This document shows, piece after piece, positions 53,366 through 63,352 of a DNA stretch of 64,000 nucleotides. Position 1 is the first letter of the stretch. Every line of letters starts with the position of its first letter. This DNA is from an uncultured Acidobacteriota bacterium (GTDB taxonomy: Bacteria > Acidobacteriota > UBA6911). The position numbers and the translations under genes were made by a program. A model generated the notes under the pieces. It made no database searches. It was not told the DNA's origin and saw only the letters and a program-made list of their open reading frames with translations. The stretch spans positions 160,001-224,000 of the forward strand of contig CAWHCF010000008.1 of assembly GCA_963827655.1 (NCBI GenBank). The letters are read 5' to 3'.

Positions 53366-54305
53366 ATGCGGATAAGAACTGAATACTACATCGGTCTGGA
53401 CTGTGGCGGAACCAAGACGCGCGGGGTTTTGGCCGATGAGCAATTGAGAGTCCTGGCCCGCGCGCGGGGGGGGCCTGGCAATCCTCTCTCCTCCGGAATG
53501 CGAGTCGCCGTCGCTTCCTTCCGATCGGTGATAGGGCAGTTGTTGAACAAGACGGGTCTCCGTCGCGGCGACATTGCCGCCCTCGGAATCGGCGCGGCGG
53601 GGGCGGGAAGACGCGCTGAAAGATTACGTCTCGAAAGGGCTCTCAAGAGACTCGTGCCGCGCGCAAGAATTCTGGTCGAATCCGACGGCATGATCGCCCT
53701 GCTGGGCGCTACTCTCGGCAAAGCGGGAATCATTGTCATCGCAGGAACCGGGTCTTTCGTCCTCGGGATGGACACCCGCGGAAAAACCTTGCGCGGAGGA
53801 GGTTGGGGACCGCTCCTGGGAGATGAAGGAGGCGGAGCCACTCTGGGACGAGAGGCAATTCAGGCGATGCTCCGCGCCGAAGACGGGCGCGAGCCAGCGA
53901 CCGCCCTGCGCAAGGCAATCCTGAGCCACTTTCACGTGCGCACGCCGGGCGAGCTGGTCACGCGCGTCTATCGCCGGCCACCCACTCCGCGAGAGTACGC
54001 CAGGATTTGGCCGTTGCTGCTGCGGGAAGCCGGGCGAGGGGATAGGGTCGCCAGGTCAATCTTGATAAAGGGCGGGGAGGAGCTGGGGGAGACCATCGAA
54101 GCGGTCGCCCGCGGCCTGAAATTCACAGACACGGAATTTCCGCTGATCTTTGCAGGTGGCGTGCTTTCGCGCGACTCGCTCCTGCGCCAGACTATCTTGC
54201 GCCGGTCTGAGACGAACTCTCCCGCGCGCTGTGCCGGTCCCAGCCGTCGCCGCTCCGGAGATTGGGGCGCTGCATCTCGCCCGAGAGAGCTTCAGAGCGC
54301 GTTAA
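53366..54305 (+). CDS. BadF/BadG-family N-acetylglucosamine/MurNAc kinase (frameshift near 54206)
   Basis: GLDCGGTKT, VIAGTGS, GGWGPLLGDEGG, AGGV. The typical end PEIGALHLA..* lies in the +1 frame, stopping at 54305. Confidence 0.82.
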
Positions 54306-55542
54306 CCGATTCACCCCGGATCAAGTCTTTGAAACTCTCTCGTTTGCGGATAACCTTGATGACCTTGCCTTTGACCATGACCTCCGGAATGCGCGGCCGC
54401 GAATTGTAATTGGATGCCAGAACAAATCCGTACGCGCCGGCACTCATTACCGCGAGTAAGTCCCCTCGCTTGACCACCGGCATTTCTCGAGCGCGGGCCA
54501 GGAAATCGCCGGATTCGCAGACCGGTCCGACAACATCTGCGATCCAGCGGCCGCGTCGTGTCAGGGTCTCAGGCTGGATCCCGTGATAGGAGCCGTACAG
54601 GCTTGGGCGCACGAGGTCGTTCATTGCCGCATCAATGACGACAAAGTTTTTGCTCCGATTCTGCTTCGTGAGCAGGACCCGGGTGACCAGGATGCCCGCG
54701 TTTCCGACCAGGACCCTCCCGGGTTCCAGCAGGACGGTGCAGTCGAGATCTTTCACGAGATCGAGCACGATCTTTCCGTAGTCATCCGGATGGGGCGGGA
54801 CTTCGTCATTGTACGTAATCCCAAGCCCTCCGCCGAGATCCAGATGGCGGATATTGATGTCGCTCGACCTCAGACCGACGACCATCTGCTTCAAGCGCGT
54901 CAGAGCATCGACGAAGGGCTCGACCTGGGTAATCTGTGATCCGATGTGATATCCAATCCCGGTGATTGCCAGGTATGGCGATCGTCCCGCCTTGCGGTAG
55001 AGGGCTGGAGCGGCCTCTATCGGTATTCCGAACTTGTGTTGACTGAGGCCGGTTGAGATATAGGGATGCGTCTTCGGATCCACGTCAGGGTTGACGCGAA
55101 ATGAGAGGCGCGCAACTTTCTTGAGCGCGCGGGCCCGCTCTTCCAGCATCTGAAGTTCCGCTTCCGACTCGACATTGAACTGGAGGATGTCGTGGTGCAA
55201 GCCCTGGTCGATTTCCTCTTCCGTCTTTCCCACTCCCGAAAAGACAATCTTCTGAGGTGCGCCTCCTGCTTTCAGGGCCCGCAGCAGCTCGCCGCTGGAA
55301 ACGATGTCGAATCCAGCGCCCATTTTTCGAAACAGGCTCAGGATGGCGAGGTTGGAGCTGGCCTTCACCGAGTAGCAGATAAGATGAGGAAGGGCGCTGA
55401 ACGCTCGGTCAAAAACCCTGAAATGCCGCTCCAGCGTTCCCTGACTGTACAGGTAAAAAGGGGTACCGACCTTTCGAGCTACAGCTGCAACCGGGACATC
55501 CTCGCAGTAAAGCTTGTTTTTCTTGTACTGGAAGTAGTGCAC
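54292..55542 (-). CDS. lysA: Diaminopimelate decarboxylase
   Basis: YSVKA (PLP Lys), HIGSQI, DLGGG, EPGR, GPVCESGD, GAYG..NYNSRP. Confidence 0.97.
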   Translation of the reverse strand: MHYFQYKKNKLYCEDVPVAAVARKVGTPFYLYSQGTLERHFRVFDRAFSALPHLICYSVKASSNLAILSLFRKMGAGFDIVSSGELLRALKAGGAPQKIVFSGVGKTEEEIDQGLHHDILQFNVESEAELQMLEERARALKKVARLSFRVNPDVDPKTHPYISTGLSQHKFGIPIEAAPALYRKAGRSPYLAITGIGYHIGSQITQVEPFVDALTRLKQMVVGLRSSDINIRHLDLGGGLGITYNDEVPPHPDDYGKIVLDLVKDLDCTVLLEPGRVLVGNAGILVTRVLLTKQNRSKNFVVIDAAMNDLVRPSLYGSYHGIQPETLTRRGRWIADVVGPVCESGDFLARAREMPVVKRGDLLAVMSAGAYGFVLASNYNSRPRIPEVMVKGKVIKVIRKRESFKDLIRGESVNAL

Positions 55543-55626
55543 GAGTCCTCGCCTTAGCGCTTCTTCGCGTCCGCGCGTGACATAAACTCGACGGCGCGAA
55601 CAAGCTCCGAGTGTGCTACGGATAAA

Positions 55627-56805
55627 TCAATTGCGAGAGTATACAATCCGGCCCCCGACCATGGTCTTTGTCACTCTTAGCTCTGAGTCGAGAAAGACCA
55701 GATCCGCGTCGGCCTCCGGAGCCAGGATCCCTTTCGAGGCCGTGATCCTGAGACTCCGCGCCGGTACAGCGGTCGCGGTAGCCACCGCTTGGTGAACGGG
55801 TATATCGAGCCAATTCACCAGGTTCCTCACAGCTCTATCCAGCGTGAGGGTACTGCCCGCCAGAGCTCCATCGGAATCCCGGCATTCATTCCCGCGCACC
55901 ACGACCGTTTTGTCTCCCAGGGGATACTGTCCGTCGGGCATATCGACGGCGCTTACGCCGTCGGTTACCAGAAGCGTGCGATCCACCCCCTTTGCCCGCA
56001 GCAGCAGGCGTAAAGCCAGGGGATGAACGTGAACTCCGTCGGCGATGACTTCGGCATAAAGTCGATCGTCCGTCAGAACCACGCCCAGAATTCCAGGCTC
56101 CCTCTGATGCAAAGGCCGCATGGCGTTGAAGGTATGGGTGGCAACCATGGCGCCATTATCCACAGCGGCTCTCGCCTGCTCTGCGGTTGCATCCGAGTGT
56201 CCAATGGAGATCTGGATTCCCAGTGCAGTGGCCTCCCGGGTAACCCTGAGATTATCGTCCATCTCGGGAGCGAGAGTGATTTTCCGGATTGTGTTTCCGG
56301 AAAACTGAACCAGCCGGCGGAAGGCCTGAAGGTCCGCCCGCCTTATGTGGCTCGTGTTGTGGGTACCTCTGCGCGCGGGATTCAGGTAGGGGCCCTCCAG
56401 GTGAACCCCAAGAGCCCTTGCCCCGTCCACTCTTTGGCGATTGGCGGTAAAGCCGCGCAGCGCAACCTCAAGGTCGGAATCAGGAGCGCTGAGAGTCGTG
56501 GCGAGAAACGATGTAGTCCCATGACTGGCGAGTGAGGAAGACAACGTCTGAAGCGACTCCAGGGTGCCGTCCATCACGTCTCTCCCGCGCGCGCCGTGAA
56601 CGTGAAGGTCGATGAAACCGGGGACCACGATCGATTCGGGCTCATGAATCACGTTGGAACTGGAGATAGGCGCCAGCTCCGAGGAAGCCAGTATCTGTTT
56701 GATCTTTCCTTCTACGATGTGAAGGACGGCATCGGTTTGAGTTTGAAAAGGAGTGTGGAGAGTGCCGCAGCGAATCCAGATCTCGCGATCGTTTTGAGCG
56801 ACCAT
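55627..56805 (-). CDS. nagA: N-acetylglucosamine-6-phosphate deacetylase
   Basis: PGFIDLHVHG, HLEGPY, TLAPE, GHSDA, THTFNAM, IADGVHVHP, LAGSTL. Confidence 0.97.
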   Translation of the reverse strand: MVAQNDREIWIRCGTLHTPFQTQTDAVLHIVEGKIKQILASSELAPISSSNVIHEPESIVVPGFIDLHVHGARGRDVMDGTLESLQTLSSSLASHGTTSFLATTLSAPDSDLEVALRGFTANRQRVDGARALGVHLEGPYLNPARRGTHNTSHIRRADLQAFRRLVQFSGNTIRKITLAPEMDDNLRVTREATALGIQISIGHSDATAEQARAAVDNGAMVATHTFNAMRPLHQREPGILGVVLTDDRLYAEVIADGVHVHPLALRLLLRAKGVDRTLLVTDGVSAVDMPDGQYPLGDKTVVVRGNECRDSDGALAGSTLTLDRAVRNLVNWLDIPVHQAVATATAVPARSLRITASKGILAPEADADLVFLDSELRVTKTMVGGRIVYSRN

Positions 56806-56811
56806 CGCGCG

Positions 56812-57705
56812 TCAACTCCGAGCCATATCTTGCAGAGCGTTGCGCACATTCCCCTTGCTTGCCATGAGCCGGTTTTGCGCCTGCTCGAGATCTGTCTGCC
56901 CCAGGAGCATCACCAGCGCAACTTTGAGATCTCCAGCCGCTTCCAGGGCCGCCCGGCAATGGGTCTCAGGAAGCCCGGTTGCTTCCTCGAGGATCCGCAG
57001 CCCGCGCGCCTTCAGCTTTGAATTGGTCATCTTCACGTTGACCATCCAGTTGCTGTAAACATAGCCAAGTCGGATCATGATGGCGGTGCTGAACATGTTA
57101 AGCACAAGCTTTTGGGCCGTTCCCGCTTTCATCCGGGTCGACCCGGAAAGAACCTCAGGGCCGACGATCGGAGTGACGGCGTACTCGGCCAGCCGCGACA
57201 GGGAGGAGTCTGGATTGGAGCAGATTGCAATAGTCAGCGCTCCAATCTTTCCGGCCCACTCGAGAGCCCCTTTGGTGTAGGGCGTTTCACCGGACGCGGC
57301 AATCCCCACGACGATGTCCGCCGGTCGGCACCCTCGAGCTTCGAGATCTCTTGCTCCCCGGGAGGCATCGTCCTCGGAAGCTTCGGTTGCCGAGTGGCAA
57401 GCGGAATACCCTCCCGCAATCACTGCTTGAAACACATCGGGTCCGACGCCGAACGTTGGAGGGATCTCGGATGCATCCAGCACGCCCAGGCGTCCGCTGG
57501 TCCCGGCGCCTACATAGAAAATACGTCCTCCGTTCAGATTCCGCCGCAAAACGGCATCAATCGCCCGCGCAAGCGCCGGAATGACCTGGCGGACTGCGGA
57601 AGGCACAGCGTGATCCTCCGTGTTAATGAGATGCAGAACTTCTTCTGTGCTCATGAGATCGAGATCGTGAGAGGAAGGATTGCGCGCTTCCGTAATCTGG
57701 CTCAT
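56812..57705 (-). CDS. murQ: N-acetylmuramic acid 6-phosphate etherase
   Basis: TEARNP, GAGTSGRLGVLDASEIPPTFG, GSTRMKAGTAQKLVLNM. Confidence 0.97.
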   Translation of the reverse strand: MSQITEARNPSSHDLDLMSTEEVLHLINTEDHAVPSAVRQVIPALARAIDAVLRRNLNGGRIFYVGAGTSGRLGVLDASEIPPTFGVGPDVFQAVIAGGYSACHSATEASEDDASRGARDLEARGCRPADIVVGIAASGETPYTKGALEWAGKIGALTIAICSNPDSSLSRLAEYAVTPIVGPEVLSGSTRMKAGTAQKLVLNMFSTAIMIRLGYVYSNWMVNVKMTNSKLKARGLRILEEATGLPETHCRAALEAAGDLKVALVMLLGQTDLEQAQNRLMASKGNVRNALQDMARS

Positions 57706-59015
57706 GTACTTGAACGCGGCGCGGGTATCGTAGCGGAGGGTCGGTCAGCGTAAGCCTGGTCCAGCAGCTCGATGGGATGGACGGCCTGCACGGAGAGCTT
57801 TCTTGCCCGGAGCGCCTGGTTGATTTGCATCAGGCAGCCCGGATTGCCCGTTGCGACTATTTGAGCCCCGGTGCGCGCGATGTTGGCGATCTTCTCTTCG
57901 AGGATCTTCGCGGATAGCTCCGGATGGACCAGATTGTAAATTCCGGCGCTGCCACAGCACCGGTCCGCCTCCCTCAACTCCACCAACTGCAGGCCCGGGA
58001 TGCTCTTGAGAAGGTTTCGCGGCGCGGCCTTGATTCCCTGGCCATGGAGAAGGTGACAGGGATCGTCGTAAGTGACTTTCACATTCAGGGTGCCAAGCCT
58101 GGTATCCAGTCCTATTAAATCGAGATACTCCGCGATGTCTTTGACACGATGGCTGAACTCGTGAGCCCGTCTGGCGTAAACCGGATCATCATGAAGGAGA
58201 TGACCGTACTCCTTGAGCATCGCGCCGCAGCCGGCGGCGTTGACCACGATGAAGTCGGCGCCGTCTCCTTCGAAAGCTTCAATGTTCCTGCGGGCAAGAT
58301 CCTGGGCCAGGGTTCTCTCGCCATCGTGAAGATGCAAAGCGCCGCAGCAGGTTTGCCTGGAAGGGCTGCACACCCCCACCTGGTTGTGCTCGAGCACTCG
58401 AACTGTCGCTTCGTGCACCGGTCCGAATAGCTCGGGCATGACACAGCCCTCGAAAAACGACACGCGGCGCGTTTTCCCGCTCGGAGCCACCTCCGGTAGG
58501 CGATACCCCGGGGCGGGAGGCACCTCGGGAAGCAAGCTCTCCATTTCGAGCATCCGCCGAGGCAACAGCTTGAGGATCCCGGAAGTTCGCAGCAATTTTT
58601 GGATTCCGCTGCGCTGGTAGAGTCTCAGCAGGCGAAAATTCACATGAAGTAGCCGCCGGCTCGGCAGCATCGTCTTGAAAACAAATCTGCGCAACAGGCG
58701 CGCCGACAGGGATGGCTCTTTGGCGCTGCGGATCGCCGCTCGCGCGTCGTTCATCATTACGGAAAAGCGCACCCCGGAAGGGCAGGCGCTTTCGCAGGCG
58801 CGGCACTCGAGGCACAGGCTCATGTGTTTCTCAAAAGTCGGACTGGCGACTGAAATGCGTCCTTCCTCCATTGCCTTGATCAAATAGATTCTCCCGCGGG
58901 GCGAATCCACTTCGCTTCCAAGCTGGAGGTACGTCGGACAGACGGAAAGGCAAATACCGCAGTGGATGCAATCGAGTTTTGCGGATTCGTGTTCCAATAC
59001 AGGGGGGTCGGGCAC
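57702..59015 (-). CDS. glcF: Glycolate/D-lactate dehydrogenase Fe-S subunit
   Basis: CIHCGICLSVCP, CLECRACESACP and CCG domains; AAGGAG RBS before GTG 59015. Confidence 0.9.
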   Translation of the reverse strand: MPDPPVLEHESAKLDCIHCGICLSVCPTYLQLGSEVDSPRGRIYLIKAMEEGRISVASPTFEKHMSLCLECRACESACPSGVRFSVMMNDARAAIRSAKEPSLSARLLRRFVFKTMLPSRRLLHVNFRLLRLYQRSGIQKLLRTSGILKLLPRRMLEMESLLPEVPPAPGYRLPEVAPSGKTRRVSFFEGCVMPELFGPVHEATVRVLEHNQVGVCSPSRQTCCGALHLHDGERTLAQDLARRNIEAFEGDGADFIVVNAAGCGAMLKEYGHLLHDDPVYARRAHEFSHRVKDIAEYLDLIGLDTRLGTLNVKVTYDDPCHLLHGQGIKAAPRNLLKSIPGLQLVELREADRCCGSAGIYNLVHPELSAKILEEKIANIARTGAQIVATGNPGCLMQINQALRARKLSVQAVHPIELLDQAYADRPSATIPAPRSST

Positions 59016-59060
59016 TAAATACGTCGCTCCTTTCACTGGTAAAGTGTAACAGCTCAATCG

Positions 59061-59150
59061 GGCCTGGCGAAGCACGCTTCGCCAGGCCAGGACGCTAGCA
59101 GGCTACCACACCGCAGGGGCCGCCTGCGGAGTGCGTAAGCTTTCGGCCGC
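59061..59150. repeat. Hairpin plus REP-like 22-mer (copy 2) in the glcE-glcF gap
   Basis: GGCCTGGCGAAGC-AC-GCTTCGCCAGGCC (59061-59088) and GAGTGCGTAAGCTTTCGGCCGC (59129-59150). Confidence 0.55.
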
Positions 59151-59200
59151 TTGGATGCCAAGAACCTCAACGCCGGCAGCGATTCCTGCGCCACAATCGG

Positions 59201-60478
59201 CTAGATTCCTCCCACAAATCGACCTGGATTCAGCAGGCCCAGAGGGTCAAATTCGTGTTTAATACGCCGCATGATCTCCAGGGCCGCCGCTTCGTAGCCC
59301 CAGACATCAAAACCATTCTTGACTTCGGATCGGACTTTTTCAACTACCATGTGACCGCCGACGGAGACGCAGTAGGCCCGGAGACTGGACAGGACCTGCC
59401 GCATGAGTTCTGGAGCTCGCGTGTCGGAGGATTCCCATCGATACCTTCCGTAAATGATGTAGGTTCCGGCATGGCAGAACAGCGCTGTCCTGGCGCCGAG
59501 TTCCTTCCCGGCTTCCTCCATCCGACGGGCGGTTTCGGCCGTTGACTGATAGAGAACCGAGCACTTCACCAAAGCTTCCTCCCCGGCATTCTGAGCTTCC
59601 CGCGCGGAGGCGGCGCTTTCCCAGAATTCCAGCGATTCCTGAAGTGCCAGAACTCTGAGAACCTCGCCCTCGGTTTTTGAAGCGGCGTCCTTGAGCCTCT
59701 CGACCTGCCAGCGGACGGCAGCCTCTACTTCACCGAAGCGCAGCATGAGAACCCAGGGCTTTTCATCCCAGCTCCAGGAGGGCCGCACGCTCTCAAGAGC
59801 CTCTCTGTTCCAGGCTTCGATTGCATCCGGCAGCAGGTCGGATCGGAGAAAGAGTTGCGCCGCCTCCAAGGCCGTCTTGATCGAAGGGTAGGCCACAAAC
59901 AACGTTGCCACGCTTTCGGAGCGTGGTTGGACTTTGAAAGTAAGTTCACTCAAGATTCCCAGGGTGCCGAGCGACCCGGTATAGAGCTTGCACATGTCGT
60001 AGCCGGTCACGTTCTTGACCAGCTTTCCTCCCGCTTTGGTTGGGGTTCCATCGGCGTGGACCAGCTTTACCCCGATCAACAGGTCGCGAACCGTGCCATA
60101 CCGGAAGCGAAGTGGACCGCTGCTGTTGCAGGCGACGATTCCTCCGATCGTGGCCTGGCTCGGATGGGGCGGATCCAGAGGCAGGAACTGATTTCCTTTG
60201 CTTAACGCAGCCTGAAGCTCATTCAAAGGCGTTCCGGCCAGAACCGAGACGGTCATGTTATCGGGTTCGTATTCAACGACCCCGCTCAACCGGCGGCTCC
60301 GCACGGCGAGCTGGGCGGCCCGCGGAGGGTTCCCCAGGTGCAGCTTCGTGCCCCCGCCAACCGGAGTCATGACTTTCCCGGATTGAAAGGCTCGCTTCAC
60401 GATCTCGGAGAGTTCCTCAGGCGAGCCCGGGGTTTCCTCTTCCAAAAGGGCATAGCCATCGAATTCGATGCTGTTCAA
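59201..60478 (-). CDS. glcE: Glycolate/D-lactate dehydrogenase FAD-binding subunit
   Basis: ATIGG, GGKLVKNVTGYD, GSLGTLG, FDPLGLLNPGRF; probable TTG start. Confidence 0.88.
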   Translation of the reverse strand: MNSIEFDGYALLEEETPGSPEELSEIVKRAFQSGKVMTPVGGGTKLHLGNPPRAAQLAVRSRRLSGVVEYEPDNMTVSVLAGTPLNELQAALSKGNQFLPLDPPHPSQATIGGIVACNSSGPLRFRYGTVRDLLIGVKLVHADGTPTKAGGKLVKNVTGYDMCKLYTGSLGTLGILSELTFKVQPRSESVATLFVAYPSIKTALEAAQLFLRSDLLPDAIEAWNREALESVRPSWSWDEKPWVLMLRFGEVEAAVRWQVERLKDAASKTEGEVLRVLALQESLEFWESAASAREAQNAGEEALVKCSVLYQSTAETARRMEEAGKELGARTALFCHAGTYIIYGRYRWESSDTRAPELMRQVLSSLRAYCVSVGGHMVVEKVRSEVKNGFDVWGYEAAALEIMRRIKHEFDPLGLLNPGRFVGGI

Positions 60479-60489
60479 GCGTCGGAACC

Positions 60490-61887
60490 TCAAAAAAAAC
60501 GACAGTGTCTGGAAGGGAGTATCTTTCCGGGGTTGCACAGATCGTCGGGGTTAAAAACCGAGCGCAGCCGTTTCATTGCGGCCAGATCTGCCTCGGAGAA
60601 GAGCATGTCCATGAGCTCGTTCTTTTCGCTTCCAATTCCGTGCTCACCGCTCAGTGTGCCGCCGGCATCGATGCAGACCTGGAGCATTTCCTGGGCAGCG
60701 CTCAGCACCCGTTGTTCCTCTCCATCCTTGCTTCGGTCAAACAGGAGGATCGGATGAAGATTGCCGTCGCCTGCATGAAATACGCTGGCCAGCCGGATGC
60801 CTGCCCGGTCGGCAATCTCGTACACCCGAACTACCACGTCGCTCAGGCGATTGCGAGGGACTACTGCGTCCTGCAGGTACAGGTCCTGTGTCATCCTTCC
60901 GGCAGCGCCAAAGGCCTGTTTTCGTCCTTTCCAAATCTTGAGCCGTTCTTCTTCGGTACGGGCGACATGAATCTCCTGGCAGTGTTGACTCCGGCAGATC
61001 TGAACAATGGCTTCAGCCTGGGGCTCAAGTGCGGCGGCCAGCCCATCCAGTTCGATGATAAGAACCGCTTCGGCGTCCACCGGCAAGCCGGCCCGGTTCA
61101 CCGATGCCTCGACTGAACGGATGGTGCGCTGATCCATCATTTCAAGCGCTGCCGGGATGATTCCCGAAGCGATGATTCGTGAGACGGCGTCGCAGGCGCC
61201 CCTCAGCGAGGAAAATGCAGCCAGCAGCGTCTTGACGGCCTGAGGCAGGCGGGTTAGCTTCAGGACGGCGAGAGTCGCAACGCCGAAGGTCCCTTCAGAA
61301 CCGACAAATATCCCGACCAGGTCATAGCCGGGACAGTCGGCGGTCCGGCTTCCGAGTTGGACGACCTGCCCGGAGGCTAATACAGCTTCCAGGCTGACTA
61401 CGTGGTTTGTGGTCATGCCGTATTTGAAGCAGTGAGGCCCTCCGGCATTTTCAGCCAGGTTGCCGCCGATACTGCTCACCATCTGGCTCGATGGATCAGG
61501 AGCGAAGTAGTAACCGCCGGGGGACGTGGCGTTGGTCAACTCCATGTTGATCACCCCGGGCTCGACCACAGCCTGCCGATTCTCGAAGTCGATCTCCCGG
61601 ATCTTCTTCATGCGCGACAGCGTCAGGACCAGGCCCCCGTGCCGCGGGAGGGCTCCGCCGCTCAACCCGGTGCCCGCGCCGCGCGGGACAAAAGGGACGC
61701 GATGGCGGCAAGCGATCTGGATGACTCGAGCAGTCTCGTCTCGATTCGAAAGCAAGAGCACCGCATCCGGCGTATGCCGATGGAAGGCAAAACTGTCGCA
61801 CTCGTACGCGATCGTCTGCTCCGGCTCGGCGAGGACGTTCTCGGCCCCTATCGCCTGCCGCAGCTGGTCGAGGATAGAATTTTCCAA
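60490..61887 (-). CDS. glcD: Glycolate/D-lactate dehydrogenase FAD-linked subunit
   Basis: PRGAGTGLSGG, PDPSSQ, ENAGGPHCFKYG, GSEGT, HAGDGNLHP, GEHGIG. Confidence 0.92.
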   Translation of the reverse strand: MENSILDQLRQAIGAENVLAEPEQTIAYECDSFAFHRHTPDAVLLLSNRDETARVIQIACRHRVPFVPRGAGTGLSGGALPRHGGLVLTLSRMKKIREIDFENRQAVVEPGVINMELTNATSPGGYYFAPDPSSQMVSSIGGNLAENAGGPHCFKYGMTTNHVVSLEAVLASGQVVQLGSRTADCPGYDLVGIFVGSEGTFGVATLAVLKLTRLPQAVKTLLAAFSSLRGACDAVSRIIASGIIPAALEMMDQRTIRSVEASVNRAGLPVDAEAVLIIELDGLAAALEPQAEAIVQICRSQHCQEIHVARTEEERLKIWKGRKQAFGAAGRMTQDLYLQDAVVPRNRLSDVVVRVYEIADRAGIRLASVFHAGDGNLHPILLFDRSKDGEEQRVLSAAQEMLQVCIDAGGTLSGEHGIGSEKNELMDMLFSEADLAAMKRLRSVFNPDDLCNPGKILPSRHCRFF

Positions 61888-62101
61888 GGATAGCGCCCGC
61901 AGGAATTATGAATTCAGGCTTCGACCTTTCTTTGAGTCCTGTTGTTTTAGCGGTAACTGCTTAAGAACAAGAATTACATCTACGCGAAGAAACAGCGGTG
62001 GATTATAGCATCTCTTTGACGGGGGGTTGAGCCGCTAGGGTATAATTCGCCCGGTTTAAGAATTGCGATCGACAGGGGTGGAACTTAAATCAGTCCAAGC
62101 A

Positions 62102-63352
62102 ATGGTCAGGACGCGCCGCATCGGAAGAGCTTCCCTTGTTCTTCTCTTGCTCGTGGCAGCGAAGATGGCAGCGCCTACAATCGGCGCCGACACTCTGCCC
62201 GGGGTACTCAACGGCATCGATGTTCTGAGCCAGCAGAAGTTTGCCCCGTTGGCCGGCAAGCGAGTGGGCCTGGTCACGAACCACACGGGCGTAGCCGCGG
62301 ACGGCACCTCAACGATTGACATCCTGTTCAAATCTGGCGTCTGCAAACTGGTGGCGCTCTTCAGTCCCGAGCACGGAATCCGGGGGACCATGGAGAGCAA
62401 TGTCAGCTCCTCGGTAGACGAACAAACTGGTCTTCCCATCCACAGCCTTTACGGCGATACCAGAAGGCCGACGGTCGAGAGCCTCAAAGGAATCGAGGTT
62501 CTGGTCTACGACATTCAAGATATCGGGGCTCGTTTCTATACCTACGCCACGACGCTCGCCTATTGCCTGGAAGAGGCCGCGAAGGCTAAGGTGCCGATTT
62601 ATGTTTTGGATCGTCCCAACCCGATTGGGGGCATTGCGGTCGAGGGCCCGATGTTGGATGCCGACAAGACATCATTTATCGGGTACATGCCGCTCCCTGT
62701 GCGGCATGGCATGACCCTGGGCGAGTTGGCCAGATATTTCAATGCGGAAAATGGAATCAAGGCAGACCTCCACGTCATTAGCATGACGGGCTGGCGCCGC
62801 GACTATCATTTCGACGACACCGGCCAGGTCTGGGTAAATCCTTCACCCAACATGAGGAGTCTGCAAGCGGCGTTCTTTTACCCGGGGGTTTGTCTCCTTG
62901 AGGCAACGAATGTTTCTGTCGGGCGAGGAACCGATAGACCGTTTGAGGTGATTGGGGCGCCGTGGATTGAACCGCGCCGGCTGGCAGCTGAACTAAACGC
63001 GAGCCGCCTTCCCGGCGTAAAGTTCATCCCGCTTGTCTTCACGCCCACCGCCAGTACCCACCAAGGTAGCCGCTGCTCGGGAGTGAACCTCGTGCTGACT
63101 GATCGCGACAGGTTCAATTCTGTACACACAGGGATGACGCTGATTTCGGTGTTGTACAAGCTCTATCGAGAAAAATTCGATATTGACAGGGTACTTCGTC
63201 TTCTTGGGAATGAAAAAGCGCTGGGCGCATTGAAAGCGGGCCAGCCGCCTACGACGATACTTCGCGATGCACAGGCGGAGATGGCGCGTTTCCTGGGCCG
63301 GCGCGATAAAGCCTTGATCTATGGCGCGGTAACCGAGAAGGAGAAAAAGTGA
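62102..63352 (+). CDS. namZ: Exo-beta-N-acetylmuramidase NamZ (DUF1343) with signal peptide
   Basis: GLVTNHTG, LFSPEHG, DIQDIGARFYTY, VLDRPNP, RHGMTLGE, PSPNM, SVGRGT. Confidence 0.92.
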   Translation: MVRTRRIGRASLVLLLLVAAKMAAPTIGADTLPGVLNGIDVLSQQKFAPLAGKRVGLVTNHTGVAADGTSTIDILFKSGVCKLVALFSPEHGIRGTMESNVSSSVDEQTGLPIHSLYGDTRRPTVESLKGIEVLVYDIQDIGARFYTYATTLAYCLEEAAKAKVPIYVLDRPNPIGGIAVEGPMLDADKTSFIGYMPLPVRHGMTLGELARYFNAENGIKADLHVISMTGWRRDYHFDDTGQVWVNPSPNMRSLQAAFFYPGVCLLEATNVSVGRGTDRPFEVIGAPWIEPRRLAAELNASRLPGVKFIPLVFTPTASTHQGSRCSGVNLVLTDRDRFNSVHTGMTLISVLYKLYREKFDIDRVLRLLGNEKALGALKAGQPPTTILRDAQAEMARFLGRRDKALIYGAVTEKEKK